Assembly: GCA_018221205.1 (NCBI GenBank)
Contig: JAAOYF010000015.1
Span: 1-42,172 of the forward strand
DNA: 42,172 nucleotides
Origin: Candidatus Woesearchaeota archaeon
GTDB lineage: Archaea; Nanobdellota; Nanobdellia; Woesearchaeales; WJIZ01
Direction of reading: 5' to 3'
Below, piece by piece: positions 9,168 through 18,828 of this stretch (its first letter is position 1; every line of letters starts with the position of its first letter). The position numbers and the translations under genes were made by a program. The notes beneath the pieces were generated by a model that saw only the letters and a program-made list of their open reading frames with translations, was not told where the DNA came from and did no database searches.

Positions 9168-12091
9168 CTCTTCATGTAACGTGCGAAAATCGATGCTGTC
9201 ACGACGACCAACAGGCCGACTACAGCGAATGCAGCAATCAATCGTAATATGAACATATTAATAGGAGCATCTGTCAATAACGTAGATGAGTTGTACTGCT
9301 CTAAATCAGATCCTTTCTCGAATATCTCACCCTCAAGCTTGAAGTTTTCTCCTTCGCTGAGCAAGTAGAAAGGCATGGTCATTATCTTAGTGAATTCCTC
9401 CTCCTCATCAATGGTGAGGGGTCCAAGATATTCTTCAGTCACCAGTTTGCCATCTTCATTCTTAAGGAGAATCTTGAAATAGACTCCAGATTTGCGTCCT
9501 TCTCCCCGGTTATCATAGTAGATAGTCACTCTGCTTTTCTTAAGCTCTGTTTCATCAGTCAGGATCTTAAATCGTTCATACTCTAAAGGTGCGAGGTATT
9601 CTTCACATTCTCTTGTGCAGCTTCCACCACAATCAATGCCTTGCTCATTTCCGTTCTGGATGCCGTCAAAGCAAGTGTTGGCGCAGGTTGTTTTTGTAAC
9701 AGGTTTCTTGTTTGTTGAGCCGCAGTTGTTGACATCCCGGCAGTTTCTTGTCTGTATGCCGTCCTGGCACTCGTCCCAAGGTTCGCATACCCATTTTACT
9801 GAGCAAGTCTTTGGAGGATCATTACATTTGTCTTCAACGCAAGCATATCCAGAGCAGCATTGACTTGTCGAGGAACAAGCGAAATTCTTAGGTTTGCAGG
9901 AGAGTCCTCCACCTCCACCGCCTCCTCCACCAGAACTTGGTGGTGGTGGGGGTGCGCAGGATCCGCAATCACCTGAACAGGTTGAGCAGGTCTCGCCGCC
10001 ATTGCAGACATTGTCTCCGCAGGAAGGATCCACTTGCTCTCCAAGGGTTATTTCTGAGAATGATGCAACATCGACATCGACTTCTAATTTTGTAGCAGAC
10101 GGCCTTCTGATGGCAAAGATGATGCATTGAGGTTCTCCACAGATAGTACCATCTTTCAATACGAGGATCTTGTCATCTGTCGGAATATCACCATTAGGAT
10201 AGAGTCTGCTTATGGTCACACGAGCAGGCACATTCAAGAGGGGCGCGAGAGTGCTGTCTACACTTACTTTATTGTCTTCTATTATTATTATGATATCAAG
10301 GGGCAAGACATCAAGATAGGTGTTTACACCATCGATGACATCTTTCATGAGATTGATATTGTTCTTGAACAGGATCTTACCGAACTGCTGGGCGATATCT
10401 TCAACCTCGAAGTCAGCAATGTCCTGCAAATTTTCTAGAGATACATCTTTGATGAGGCGTAATTTTTGGAACTGAAGATCACTATTGCAGCCTTTTGGAT
10501 TAATAGGAGTATTCGGTCTGGTACGAGGGCAGAAATCATTTGCATTGAGAACACCATCATTATCTGAGTCCTCTCCTGTACAGACATTGTCCTCATCAGC
10601 AACACCGTTGCAGTTATTGTCTAAGGTGTCACAGATCTCTGGAATGGCTGTCACTTCACCAGCGCATGTCTGATCCCAGCTGCCATCACCTAAACAGGTC
10701 TGTAGACCTGTTGAACATTCGCCGATATCTGAGCCGCAGACCCTTGTCTCACCAGGAGTACATCCGGTGAAAGGGACATCTACCTGTACGATCAGATCTC
10801 CTGTGAATAAAGTAGCTGTATCAGAGAGGATCTCTGTATTCAGACCAGAAATCGTCGTCAAGCCGCCTGCGAGAATTTCATATTTTAATGAGGCTAATGT
10901 GCCAGAAGCCATGTCATTCTGGAACTGGACCCCTTCTGGAGGGATGATGATTCCTGCATGCAGCAGGCCTGGTCCATTCGGATTTGCTTTAGCGATAGGG
11001 AAAGGTTCAGCCTGTCCAACGTAACTTGTCAATACTTCTCCTAGTGCAAGATCATTATAGCTGAGCTGAGCTTCGTCGACTACTGCTACAGACTCATAAC
11101 CCATGACATCTGAGAGCTTGTTTATCTTATAGATGACATTTAGATATTCTACGCCGCCAAATTCTTCCTGGGATGTAGTTATATAAGCGTTACATTGATC
11201 GGGTATGGGGTCGATGAACCTTTCGAAACAATTTCCCCAAACCTGGCCAGTACATGCCTGGATTGTTTCTTTACAGGTGTCAGCAGGCTGCTCACCACCA
11301 CATTGTCTTTCCATGCCTAGCCGGCAATCTGATACAGTAACGCGAGCTGTTCCAGAATAGAAGTTGTCACATTCAACACTATAATCATATGTTCCGACAA
11401 AATCAAATGTGGCAGAGGTAGAATAGACACCGTTTGAATAGGACATGGGCAGCACCTGATTATTAATTGTCAGCTGACAGGTTGTTGCTATAGGGTTGCT
11501 CTGGGAATCTTCTAAGGTGGCGTAATACATTCCAGCTTCACTCGCAACAATGGTGTTGCCTTGGTCAGCATCATCCCAGATGGTGAGATAGTAGACATCA
11601 AAATCAGCAATTACCTGGCCTTCATTTCCGACGATGGTCATGAGCTCAGGATTCAAGGTCACTTTTGCGTTTCCATCTCCCAGTTTGTCAAACATGATGG
11701 TGAAGAGCAGACCATCTCCGGTCACTCCATTTGTCTGATCCCCGGTTATGGTAGCGATGATCTCGTTGACATATCCAGAGCCGACTTTTGGCTGATCAGG
11801 GAAATTCTCCCAGCTCATGATCGGGTCGCCATCTTTTGTGAGAAAAGAGCCCATGATCAAACTATTATAATCAATGACTGCAGGATTGTCATAACTTGCG
11901 TCGATATCATAAGCATACACCATATCGGCACCCCGTATCCATACAGGGACAGCCACTTGAGCGCCTTGCTCATAGGTCCGGATAACATGGCCTTTCGGAA
12001 AGATGATCGCAGTGGCAGAAATAAGTGAGGCAGAGAGGATTATAGTCAATAATACAACAATCCCTAGCTCAATTCTTTTTCTTTGAACCAT
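9164..12091 (-). CDS. Large secreted, membrane-anchored Cys-rich surface protein (cohesin-like domains, Ca-binding DxDxDG and CxxxDNNCxG motifs)
   Basis: Signal peptide, C-terminal TM, 'EICDTLDNNCNGVADE', 'DSDNDGVLNANDFCP', 'CGDNVCNGGETCSTCSGDCG', a Pro/Gly linker and 'CFDGIQNGNEQGIDCGGSC'. Confidence 0.8.
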   Translation of the reverse strand: MVQRKRIELGIVVLLTIILSASLISATAIIFPKGHVIRTYEQGAQVAVPVWIRGADMVYAYDIDASYDNPAVIDYNSLIMGSFLTKDGDPIMSWENFPDQPKVGSGYVNEIIATITGDQTNGVTGDGLLFTIMFDKLGDGNAKVTLNPELMTIVGNEGQVIADFDVYYLTIWDDADQGNTIVASEAGMYYATLEDSQSNPIATTCQLTINNQVLPMSYSNGVYSTSATFDFVGTYDYSVECDNFYSGTARVTVSDCRLGMERQCGGEQPADTCKETIQACTGQVWGNCFERFIDPIPDQCNAYITTSQEEFGGVEYLNVIYKINKLSDVMGYESVAVVDEAQLSYNDLALGEVLTSYVGQAEPFPIAKANPNGPGLLHAGIIIPPEGVQFQNDMASGTLASLKYEILAGGLTTISGLNTEILSDTATLFTGDLIVQVDVPFTGCTPGETRVCGSDIGECSTGLQTCLGDGSWDQTCAGEVTAIPEICDTLDNNCNGVADEDNVCTGEDSDNDGVLNANDFCPRTRPNTPINPKGCNSDLQFQKLRLIKDVSLENLQDIADFEVEDIAQQFGKILFKNNINLMKDVIDGVNTYLDVLPLDIIIIIEDNKVSVDSTLAPLLNVPARVTISRLYPNGDIPTDDKILVLKDGTICGEPQCIIFAIRRPSATKLEVDVDVASFSEITLGEQVDPSCGDNVCNGGETCSTCSGDCGSCAPPPPPSSGGGGGGGGGLSCKPKNFACSSTSQCCSGYACVEDKCNDPPKTCSVKWVCEPWDECQDGIQTRNCRDVNNCGSTNKKPVTKTTCANTCFDGIQNGNEQGIDCGGSCTRECEEYLAPLEYERFKILTDETELKKSRVTIYYDNRGEGRKSGVYFKILLKNEDGKLVTEEYLGPLTIDEEEEFTKIMTMPFYLLSEGENFKLEGEIFEKGSDLEQYNSSTLLTDAPINMFILRLIAAFAVVGLLVVVTASIFARYMKR

Positions 12092-12140
12092 TTAGGTAGA
12101 TATTTGAAGGTAGACTTTTTAAAGTTTACGTATTTAAGAA

Positions 12141-12668
12141 TCACTTCTTCTCTGTGATGACAATGCGTGTGGTGCAGGCAATCTTATAAGAGGCCCGTGT
12201 CAATGCTTTCTTGCCGATGTCAATATGATTCTTATCCAGATCGATCTCGAATATCGTATCGCCTTTCTTGAACCTTGCTGCCTGACCAATGGGCTTGCCA
12301 AAGGATTTTTTCATACCTGTTGAAAACCGGTCTGCTCCAGCGCCAGAAGCGATAGGATTGTTTCTGAGAACATGATAAGGATATTTATTTACACGGAAGA
12401 AATAATTGGGAGTGCCTATATCCCTTTCCAACAACCTGTTTGAGGTGAGCCTTGCGCTCTCCATGCTGTTGTCCCGGATCTGGATATCTATATTGGTCTT
12501 GAGCCTGAGCTTGCAATTGAAATCCTGCTTCTTGGCATTGCCCATGACAAACTTTATGACGCGGGCATTATAATTGGTCTTGATGAAGGATTTCTTCTTA
12601 TACTTCGATACTCTCGTATAGGGCCTTTCCAGCCTTCTATAACAGACGCCTTTTCTTAATCTTGCCAT
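12141..12668 (-). CDS. rpl10e: 50S ribosomal protein L10e (uL16)
   Basis: 'YRRLERPYTR', 'QIRDNSMESAR' and 'GAGADRFSTGMKKSFGKPIG'. Confidence 0.96.
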   Translation of the reverse strand: MARLRKGVCYRRLERPYTRVSKYKKKSFIKTNYNARVIKFVMGNAKKQDFNCKLRLKTNIDIQIRDNSMESARLTSNRLLERDIGTPNYFFRVNKYPYHVLRNNPIASGAGADRFSTGMKKSFGKPIGQAARFKKGDTIFEIDLDKNHIDIGKKALTRASYKIACTTRIVITEKK

Positions 12669-12744
12669 GCAAATTTGGTTTTATAAGTGGTTTTTAAAGC
12701 TTGCGGTACAAACTTATAAATAGTCCTTCGCTCCATTTTGTCTT

Positions 12745-13755
12745 ATGCTCATCGTCAACATCTTACTCTTTATCATCGGCTTGGTCCTGTTAGTGAAAGG
12801 GGCAGATTATTTTGTCAAGGCAGCTGCAACCATCGCCCGAGTATTGGGAGTTTCTGAGTTTGTGATCGGCTTGACGCTAGTGAGCCTAGGCACCTCTATC
12901 CCGGAACTCGCATCATCGATACAGGCAGTCATGCGGGGAGCAACTGGACTGGTTATCGGAAATGTCGTCGGCTCCAACATCGCCAACATCTGCCTGGTCA
13001 TCGGGGTATCGGCGAGCATCATGACGATCAAGACGAAAAAGGAGATGCTCAACAGAGATGGCTATATCATGCTCTTTGTTACAGTATTATTCTATCTCTT
13101 CTTGTTGAATTCTGTCATCGGTCTGGTAGAGTCTATTATATTATTATTGCTCTATATAGCATATCTCTTTTACCTCTTCGATTCCAGAGAAGGATATGGA
13201 AACCATTTTCCTGGATTTCTCAAATATTTCTTCACTTTCGGCTATGTCACTCTGCTTTTCCGAAAGCAGCCGAAGAAAAAGAAAGTCAGAAGAGAGTCGC
13301 TCTGGAAGGACATCCTGATCTTAGTTGGGGGCAGCGCTGCTGTCATCTATGGGTCGCACTTTGTCGTCGAAGGAGCACTGTACTTTGCTGAGTTCTTTTC
13401 GGTTTCAGACTCTTTCATCGGAGTGACTGTTGTTGCTTTGGGCACATCTTTGCCTGAGTTAGTTGTCACGATCTCAGCCCTGAGGAAAGGATATGGAACG
13501 ATCGCATTAGGAAATGTTCTCGGCAGCAATGTGACCAATATCCTGCTCATCATAGGAGTTACAGGAATGATCAGCAATCTGCAGGCGATCCAGACAACAC
13601 TTCTCTTTACAGCCCCTTTCATGATCCTGATGAGCATCTTGATGGTCATCTTCATGAGGACAGACTGGAGAATCAGGAGAAGGGAAGGAGTGGGCTTTAC
13701 GCTGCTCTATATTATATTTCTCATCGCAATTTTTGCACTAAGAACTATTTTTTGA
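12745..13755 (+). CDS. Calcium/sodium antiporter (YrbG/CaCA family)
   Basis: Two alpha repeats: 'GTSIPE...GNVVGSNIAN' and 'GTSLPE...GNVLGSNVTN'. Confidence 0.95.
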   Translation: MLIVNILLFIIGLVLLVKGADYFVKAAATIARVLGVSEFVIGLTLVSLGTSIPELASSIQAVMRGATGLVIGNVVGSNIANICLVIGVSASIMTIKTKKEMLNRDGYIMLFVTVLFYLFLLNSVIGLVESIILLLLYIAYLFYLFDSREGYGNHFPGFLKYFFTFGYVTLLFRKQPKKKKVRRESLWKDILILVGGSAAVIYGSHFVVEGALYFAEFFSVSDSFIGVTVVALGTSLPELVVTISALRKGYGTIALGNVLGSNVTNILLIIGVTGMISNLQAIQTTLLFTAPFMILMSILMVIFMRTDWRIRRREGVGFTLLYIIFLIAIFALRTIF

Positions 13756-14113
13756 ATGCGTCGTGGCAGACACACTGGATATGCTTGCATTTCTCAGGAA
13801 TCTTGTAATGATGACTGATGCACCAGAGCTTGGTCTTGTGGAGAAGCCCTTTGAGCTCTTCCCCTTCTGGAGTTATAGTGTAGACAAGTTTCTTGTTCTT
13901 GAGCTCTTTCTTTATCATCTTCAGCTCGATCATGTCCTTCAGGCGCTTGGAGAGAAGGGTAGGGTTGATAAGGTGCTTGGAAATGCTATAGAGCCCGTTG
14001 AATGTCTTAGGATGGTCATCGATATGGGAGAATAAGGCAAAGGCCCATTTCTTGCCAAGAAACCCATACAGGTCTAATATCCCGCATACTGATTTTTTTC
14101 TTTTTTTCAACAC
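13745..14113 (-). CDS. HxlR-family winged-helix transcriptional regulator
   Basis: 'C....LGKKW', 'INPTLLSKRLKDM' and 'VYTITPEGEEL'. Start trimmed to GTG 14113 (TTG 14110 is also possible). Confidence 0.8.
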   Translation of the reverse strand: MLKKRKKSVCGILDLYGFLGKKWAFALFSHIDDHPKTFNGLYSISKHLINPTLLSKRLKDMIELKMIKKELKNKKLVYTITPEGEELKGLLHKTKLWCISHHYKIPEKCKHIQCVCHDAFKK

Positions 14114-14189
14114 GTACAGAATAGTGTAGCTGATATTTAAATATTTCTCCTTCTTCAAAAATGAAGTGCTTTCTTGAAGGGATGTTAGA

Positions 14190-16160
14190 ATGACAATCAG
14201 AACTATAAAAAAACGGGATAGACGCATTGTCGAATTCGACAAAGCGAAGATTACGAACGCTATCTTTAATGCGGCGAAATCTGTTGGGGGAGAAGATCGA
14301 AAGCAGGCTGAGGAACTTTCCAGCAAAGTTGAGGCAGTTCTTGAAGTAAATTATGATGAGAAGAACACTCCGACAGTCGAGGAAGTACAGGACACTGTCG
14401 AGAAGGTCCTTATCAAGTCAGGGCATGCGAAGACAGCAAAAGCCTATATCCTCTACCGAAGACAGCATGAAAAGCTCAGGCGGACAAGAGGAGCATACGT
14501 CGAAGTGAAGGATTCGATGGAAGAATACCTTGGCAAGTCTGATTGGAGAGTCTATGAGAACAGCAACGCTGATTATTCTTTCTCAGGACTGATGTCCCAT
14601 ATCTCTGGCAAGATCATCGCCAATTACACTCTGAATGAGATCTATACGCCGCAGATTGCGGATGCACATCGTGATGGTGATATCCATGTCCATGATCTGG
14701 GTTTTGGGGTTGTGGGCTACTGCTGTGGATGGTCGCTGAAGAATCTTCTTCTGATGGGATTTGGAGGAGTGTCCAAGAAGATCAGGAGCAAGCCTGCAAA
14801 GCATCTTGAAGTTGTTGTTATTCAGATGGTCAATTTCATGGGAACCATGCAGATGGAGCATGCAGGCGCACAAGCATTCTCTTCTGTCGATACTCTGCTT
14901 GCCCCTTTCATCAAAGCAGACAAGCTCAGCTACAAAAAGGTAAAACAGAATATGCAGATGCTTGTCTTCAGCCTGAATGTACCAAGCAGGTGGGGCTGTC
15001 AAGCGCCTTTCACGAATTTCACCTTTGACTGGAACGTCCCAGAGGACATGGTCGATGAGAAAGTCATCGTAGGCGGGAAGATCCTGGATTTCACCTATGG
15101 AGAATGTCAGGAAGAGATGGACATGATCAACAAAGCGTTTATCGAAGTGATGATCGAAGGAGATGCGGATGACCGGACATTCTTCTACCCTATACCTACT
15201 TATAATATAACAAAGGATTTTGAATGGGAATCTGAAAATGCTGCTCTGCTGTTCGAGATGACAGCAAAATATGGCACACCTTATTTCCAGAACTTCATCA
15301 ATAGCACCTTGAAGCCTGCTGATATCAGGAGCATGTGCTGCAGGCTGCAGCTTGATCTGAAGCTTTTACGTAATAAGATGGGCGGATTATTCGGAGCAGG
15401 AGACCAGACCGGCAGTATCGGCGTCGCCACCATCAATCTACCCCGTCTTGGCTATAAGTCTAAGGACGAAGAGGAATTTTTTGAGAACTTGGGCAATGCA
15501 ATGGACCTTGCCAAAGAATCTTTAGAGATCAAAAGGAGAGCTATCAACTCAAACCTCCAGGCTGGTCTGATGCCGTTCTCAAAGAAGTTCTTGGGAAGCT
15601 ATAATAACCATTTCTCCACTATCGGCATCAATGGCATGCATGAAGCTTGTCTGAATCTGCTTGATAAAGGAATAGACAGCAAGGAAGGGAAAGAACTTGC
15701 GTTGAAGACATTGCATTTTGTGAGAGATAGGCTGACAGCCTATCAGGAAGGAACAGGGAACCTGTATAATCTTGAGGCAGCGCCTTGTGAAAGCGCTACG
15801 TTCAGGTTTGCCAGGGAGGATATCAAAAGATATGCGAATATCATCACTTCCGGCACAAGGAAAAAACCTTACTATACAAATTCGACCCACTTACCTGTCA
15901 GCCATTCGACAGATATTTTTGATGCTCTAGAACATCAGGATGAGCTCCAATGTCTCTATAATGGAGGCACTGTTCTGCACGGCTTTCTTGGAGAACGCCT
16001 GGACGACTGGAGGAGCGCAATGAAATTGGTGAAGAAGATAGCATATAATTTCAAGCTGCCTTACTTTACCCTGACGCCTACCTTCAGCATCTGCCCAGAA
16101 CATGGCTACATCGCAGGAGAGCATTTCTCCTGTCCGTGTACAAAGGAGGTAAAAAAGTGA
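14190..16160 (+). CDS. nrdD: Anaerobic (class III) ribonucleoside-triphosphate reductase, large part with ATP cone, lacking the glycyl-radical tail
   Basis: ATP cone 'IKKRD..IVEFDK.KI', 'GDIHVHDL', 'RSMCCRL', 'YYTNS' and 'TPTFSICPEHGY'. Ends at CPCTKEVKK*. Confidence 0.93.
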   Translation: MTIRTIKKRDRRIVEFDKAKITNAIFNAAKSVGGEDRKQAEELSSKVEAVLEVNYDEKNTPTVEEVQDTVEKVLIKSGHAKTAKAYILYRRQHEKLRRTRGAYVEVKDSMEEYLGKSDWRVYENSNADYSFSGLMSHISGKIIANYTLNEIYTPQIADAHRDGDIHVHDLGFGVVGYCCGWSLKNLLLMGFGGVSKKIRSKPAKHLEVVVIQMVNFMGTMQMEHAGAQAFSSVDTLLAPFIKADKLSYKKVKQNMQMLVFSLNVPSRWGCQAPFTNFTFDWNVPEDMVDEKVIVGGKILDFTYGECQEEMDMINKAFIEVMIEGDADDRTFFYPIPTYNITKDFEWESENAALLFEMTAKYGTPYFQNFINSTLKPADIRSMCCRLQLDLKLLRNKMGGLFGAGDQTGSIGVATINLPRLGYKSKDEEEFFENLGNAMDLAKESLEIKRRAINSNLQAGLMPFSKKFLGSYNNHFSTIGINGMHEACLNLLDKGIDSKEGKELALKTLHFVRDRLTAYQEGTGNLYNLEAAPCESATFRFAREDIKRYANIITSGTRKKPYYTNSTHLPVSHSTDIFDALEHQDELQCLYNGGTVLHGFLGERLDDWRSAMKLVKKIAYNFKLPYFTLTPTFSICPEHGYIAGEHFSCPCTKEVKK

Positions 16161-16321
16161 CAACAGAAAAATGCGGCAAGGCAACTGAAGTGTACAGCAG
16201 GATTGTCGGTTATTTTAGACCTGTACAGAACTGGAATGCTGGCAAGTCGCAGGAATTTGAGGATAGAAAGGAATTCTGCGAAAAAAAGAGCGATGAACAC
16301 TCTCTGAAAATAGAGGTGTAA
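16157..16321 (+). CDS. Stand-alone NrdD C-terminal glycyl-radical domain (54 aa)
   Basis: 'TEVYSRIVGYFRPVQNWNAGKSQEFEDRK'. Has its own RBS (GGAGGT), and the GTG start overlaps the nrdD TGA. Confidence 0.88.
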   Translation: MTTEKCGKATEVYSRIVGYFRPVQNWNAGKSQEFEDRKEFCEKKSDEHSLKIEV

Positions 16322-16322
16322 G

Positions 16323-17018
16323 GTGCTCATCAAAGGCCTGCAGAAGACTACCTTAATCGATTACCCGGGAAAATTGGCATGCACCTTATTCGTAGGTGGA
16401 TGCAATTTTCGCTGCGGTTATTGCTATAATTCTGACCTGGTCTTCAATAAAGACGTAGAAGAGATCCATCTAGAGGAGATATTTGCATTCTTAGACAGCA
16501 GGAGGCGATATCTGGAGGGAGTATGCATCACGGGAGGTGAACCGACGATCTATCCTGGCCTTGCTGATTTTTGCGACAGATTGAAGAAGATGGGTTACTT
16601 GGTCAAATTGGATACGAACGGCTCAAACCCTCACTTGCTGAAGAAACTGATCTCCCGAAAGCTTGTCGATTATATCGCCATGGACATCAAAGCAGGCATG
16701 GAAAACTATTCTCAAGTCATTGACACCAAAGCGAACCAGGAAAAACTGAAGGAGAGCATCTCTTTAATCATGGATTCGGGAGTGGAGTATGAATTTAGGT
16801 CAACCATCATCCCTGATATTTTTACGGATGAGGAGATGAAGAAAATCTCTTTGTTGATCAAAGGCGCGAAAAAATACTATATCCAGCAGTTCAGGCCAGA
16901 TTCCAAGTCAATCGCAGAGAGATATCGGGAGATGAATCCTTTGCCAGCTGAGAAACTGCAGGAGTTCAAGAAGATCATCGAACCGATGGTCAAGGAAGTC
17001 TCTATCCGTAATGATTAG
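16323..17018 (+). CDS. nrdG: Anaerobic RNR activating enzyme (radical SAM)
   Basis: 'IKGLQKTTLIDYPG', 'GCNFRCGYCYN', 'ITGGEPT' and 'KLDTNGS'. Confidence 0.93.
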   Translation: MLIKGLQKTTLIDYPGKLACTLFVGGCNFRCGYCYNSDLVFNKDVEEIHLEEIFAFLDSRRRYLEGVCITGGEPTIYPGLADFCDRLKKMGYLVKLDTNGSNPHLLKKLISRKLVDYIAMDIKAGMENYSQVIDTKANQEKLKESISLIMDSGVEYEFRSTIIPDIFTDEEMKKISLLIKGAKKYYIQQFRPDSKSIAERYREMNPLPAEKLQEFKKIIEPMVKEVSIRND

Positions 17019-17059
17019 TTCTCGATAAATTTATAAGTGAGTATTTGTTGGATGGAACC

Positions 17060-18025
17060 ATGCCCGTATTTGCATTGAAAAAAAAGAGGTTTAGTAAATT
17101 CATTTCCAAGCTCACGAAGAGCTATGAAGTCATCGCTCCTGTCAAGGAAGATGTAGTGAAATTCCAGCAGATCCAGGATGCAGATGAGATCCATTTTGAA
17201 AAAAACTCTTTCTTTCCTGTCAAGGAATATTTTTTCAGGAAGCAAGAGACCATCTTTACCTTTGATGGGAACAAAATAACTGTTCCGGCTTTCAAGACAC
17301 CTTCCCGAGTCTTTTTTGGGATACGACGGTGCGATCTCAATGCGATTGCGCATCAGGATGTGGTGTTCAAAGGGGCAAAGGATCCTTATTACACTGAAGC
17401 GCGGGAAAAAAGCATCCTTATCGGTTACCATTGCGATGAAGCGCCTTCACCATACTGCTTTTGCGGCAGTCTTGAATTGGCAGAGTTCTTTGACCTGATG
17501 TTCTTTGACAAAGAAGACTATTTTCTTGTTGAGACAGGCAGCCAGAAAGGAGAGAATTTCGTGAAAAAATATATGGGCTTGTTCAGCAAGACCGATAAAA
17601 AAATAAGTGCAAGAGATAGGTTCATCTTGGGAGCGGATAGGCTGGAGAAGAAAGATATCAAGGAGTTCTATGATCATCCTGATTGGAAAAAGGGAGTTGA
17701 TGTCTGTCTGAGCTGCTCAGCCTGCACCAATCTTTGCCCAACCTGCTACTGTTTTGAGCTGCATGATGAAGTGAATATCAGCAAGCCTTCAACAGGAGAG
17801 CGGAAGAGGACGTGGAGCAGCTGCCAGGTGCAGGAGTTCACTAAAGTTGCCGGTGACCATGTCTTCAGAAAAGATAGAGAAGAAAGGTTCAAACATCGTA
17901 TCTATCATCAATTACAATATTTCAAGGAAAAAAATGGTGTAGATCTCTGCGTCGGCTGCGGTAGATGCGTCGAAGGATGTCCGACACGGATTGATTTTGT
18001 CCAGATACTGAACGAGATGAAATGA
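17060..18025 (+). CDS. hydB: Group 3b [NiFe]-hydrogenase (sulfhydrogenase) beta subunit, Fe-S
   Basis: 'CLSCSACTNLCPTCYC', 'CVGCGRCVEGCP' and 'RFKHR'. Start taken at ATG 17060. Confidence 0.85.
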   Translation: MPVFALKKKRFSKFISKLTKSYEVIAPVKEDVVKFQQIQDADEIHFEKNSFFPVKEYFFRKQETIFTFDGNKITVPAFKTPSRVFFGIRRCDLNAIAHQDVVFKGAKDPYYTEAREKSILIGYHCDEAPSPYCFCGSLELAEFFDLMFFDKEDYFLVETGSQKGENFVKKYMGLFSKTDKKISARDRFILGADRLEKKDIKEFYDHPDWKKGVDVCLSCSACTNLCPTCYCFELHDEVNISKPSTGERKRTWSSCQVQEFTKVAGDHVFRKDREERFKHRIYHQLQYFKEKNGVDLCVGCGRCVEGCPTRIDFVQILNEMK

Positions 18026-18828
18026 AAAAAGAAAATCCCTATATCCCGACGCCGTATAAAGTATTAGATTTCTATAGAGAGACTCCTGACAGCTTCACGT
18101 TGACCGTGAGCATGAAGACAAAACATGATCCTGGACAATTCGTTCAAGTCAGTTTACCGGGCATAGGAGAAAGCCCCATATCGATCTGTTCTGATTCTCG
18201 AGAGCACATCAAATTGAATGTCCGAGAGGTCGGGAACGTTACCCGAGCGTTAAGCCAATTGAAAAAAGGGGACACTCTGCTGATGAGAGGGCCCTATGGC
18301 AAAGGATATCCGATGCACCACCTGAAAGGAAATGATCTCCTTATCATCGGCGGGGGCTGTGGCATCGCTCCGCTTAAAGGAGTCATAGACTATGTCGAGA
18401 ATCACCGAGATGATTATGGTGAGGTGAAGATGTTCTTAGGATATAGAAGTCCTAACGATGTCATTTTCAAGCGAGAGCTAAAAGAATGGAGGAAGACGTA
18501 TCATCTTCAAGTGACTGTTGATGAGAATCCCCACGGGCAGTTTTGCTATGACGCCCGCGAAGGGTTCATCACTGAGGCACTGAAAGAAGCAAAACTTTCT
18601 AACGATAAAAAGATAGTATTCCTTTGTGGGCCGCCCATCATGATGAAATTTGTCATCGGGATCTTGCATCAGAAAGGATTCAATGATGATCAGATATTCA
18701 TCAGCGCTGAGCGATTGATGTATTGCGCTTTCGGAGTGTGCTGCCATTGCATGATACGGGGAAAATTCACGTGTATGGACGGACCAGTATTCAGATATGA
18801 TGAGATAAAGGATTTCAAAAATGACTAA
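18022..18828 (+). CDS. hydG: Group 3b hydrogenase gamma subunit (FAD/NAD(P)-binding)
   Basis: 'PGQFV', 'GESPISI', 'RGPYGKG', 'GGGCGIAPL', 'CGPPIMM' and a 2Fe-2S motif 'CAFGVCCHC...CMDGPVF'. Confidence 0.88.
   Translation: MKKENPYIPTPYKVLDFYRETPDSFTLTVSMKTKHDPGQFVQVSLPGIGESPISICSDSREHIKLNVREVGNVTRALSQLKKGDTLLMRGPYGKGYPMHHLKGNDLLIIGGGCGIAPLKGVIDYVENHRDDYGEVKMFLGYRSPNDVIFKRELKEWRKTYHLQVTVDENPHGQFCYDAREGFITEALKEAKLSNDKKIVFLCGPPIMMKFVIGILHQKGFNDDQIFISAERLMYCAFGVCCHCMIRGKFTCMDGPVFRYDEIKDFKND

Noticed and set aside
14114..14326. Extended N-terminus of the HxlR ORF
   Set aside because: It overlaps the nrdD start on the opposite strand and has no domain character.
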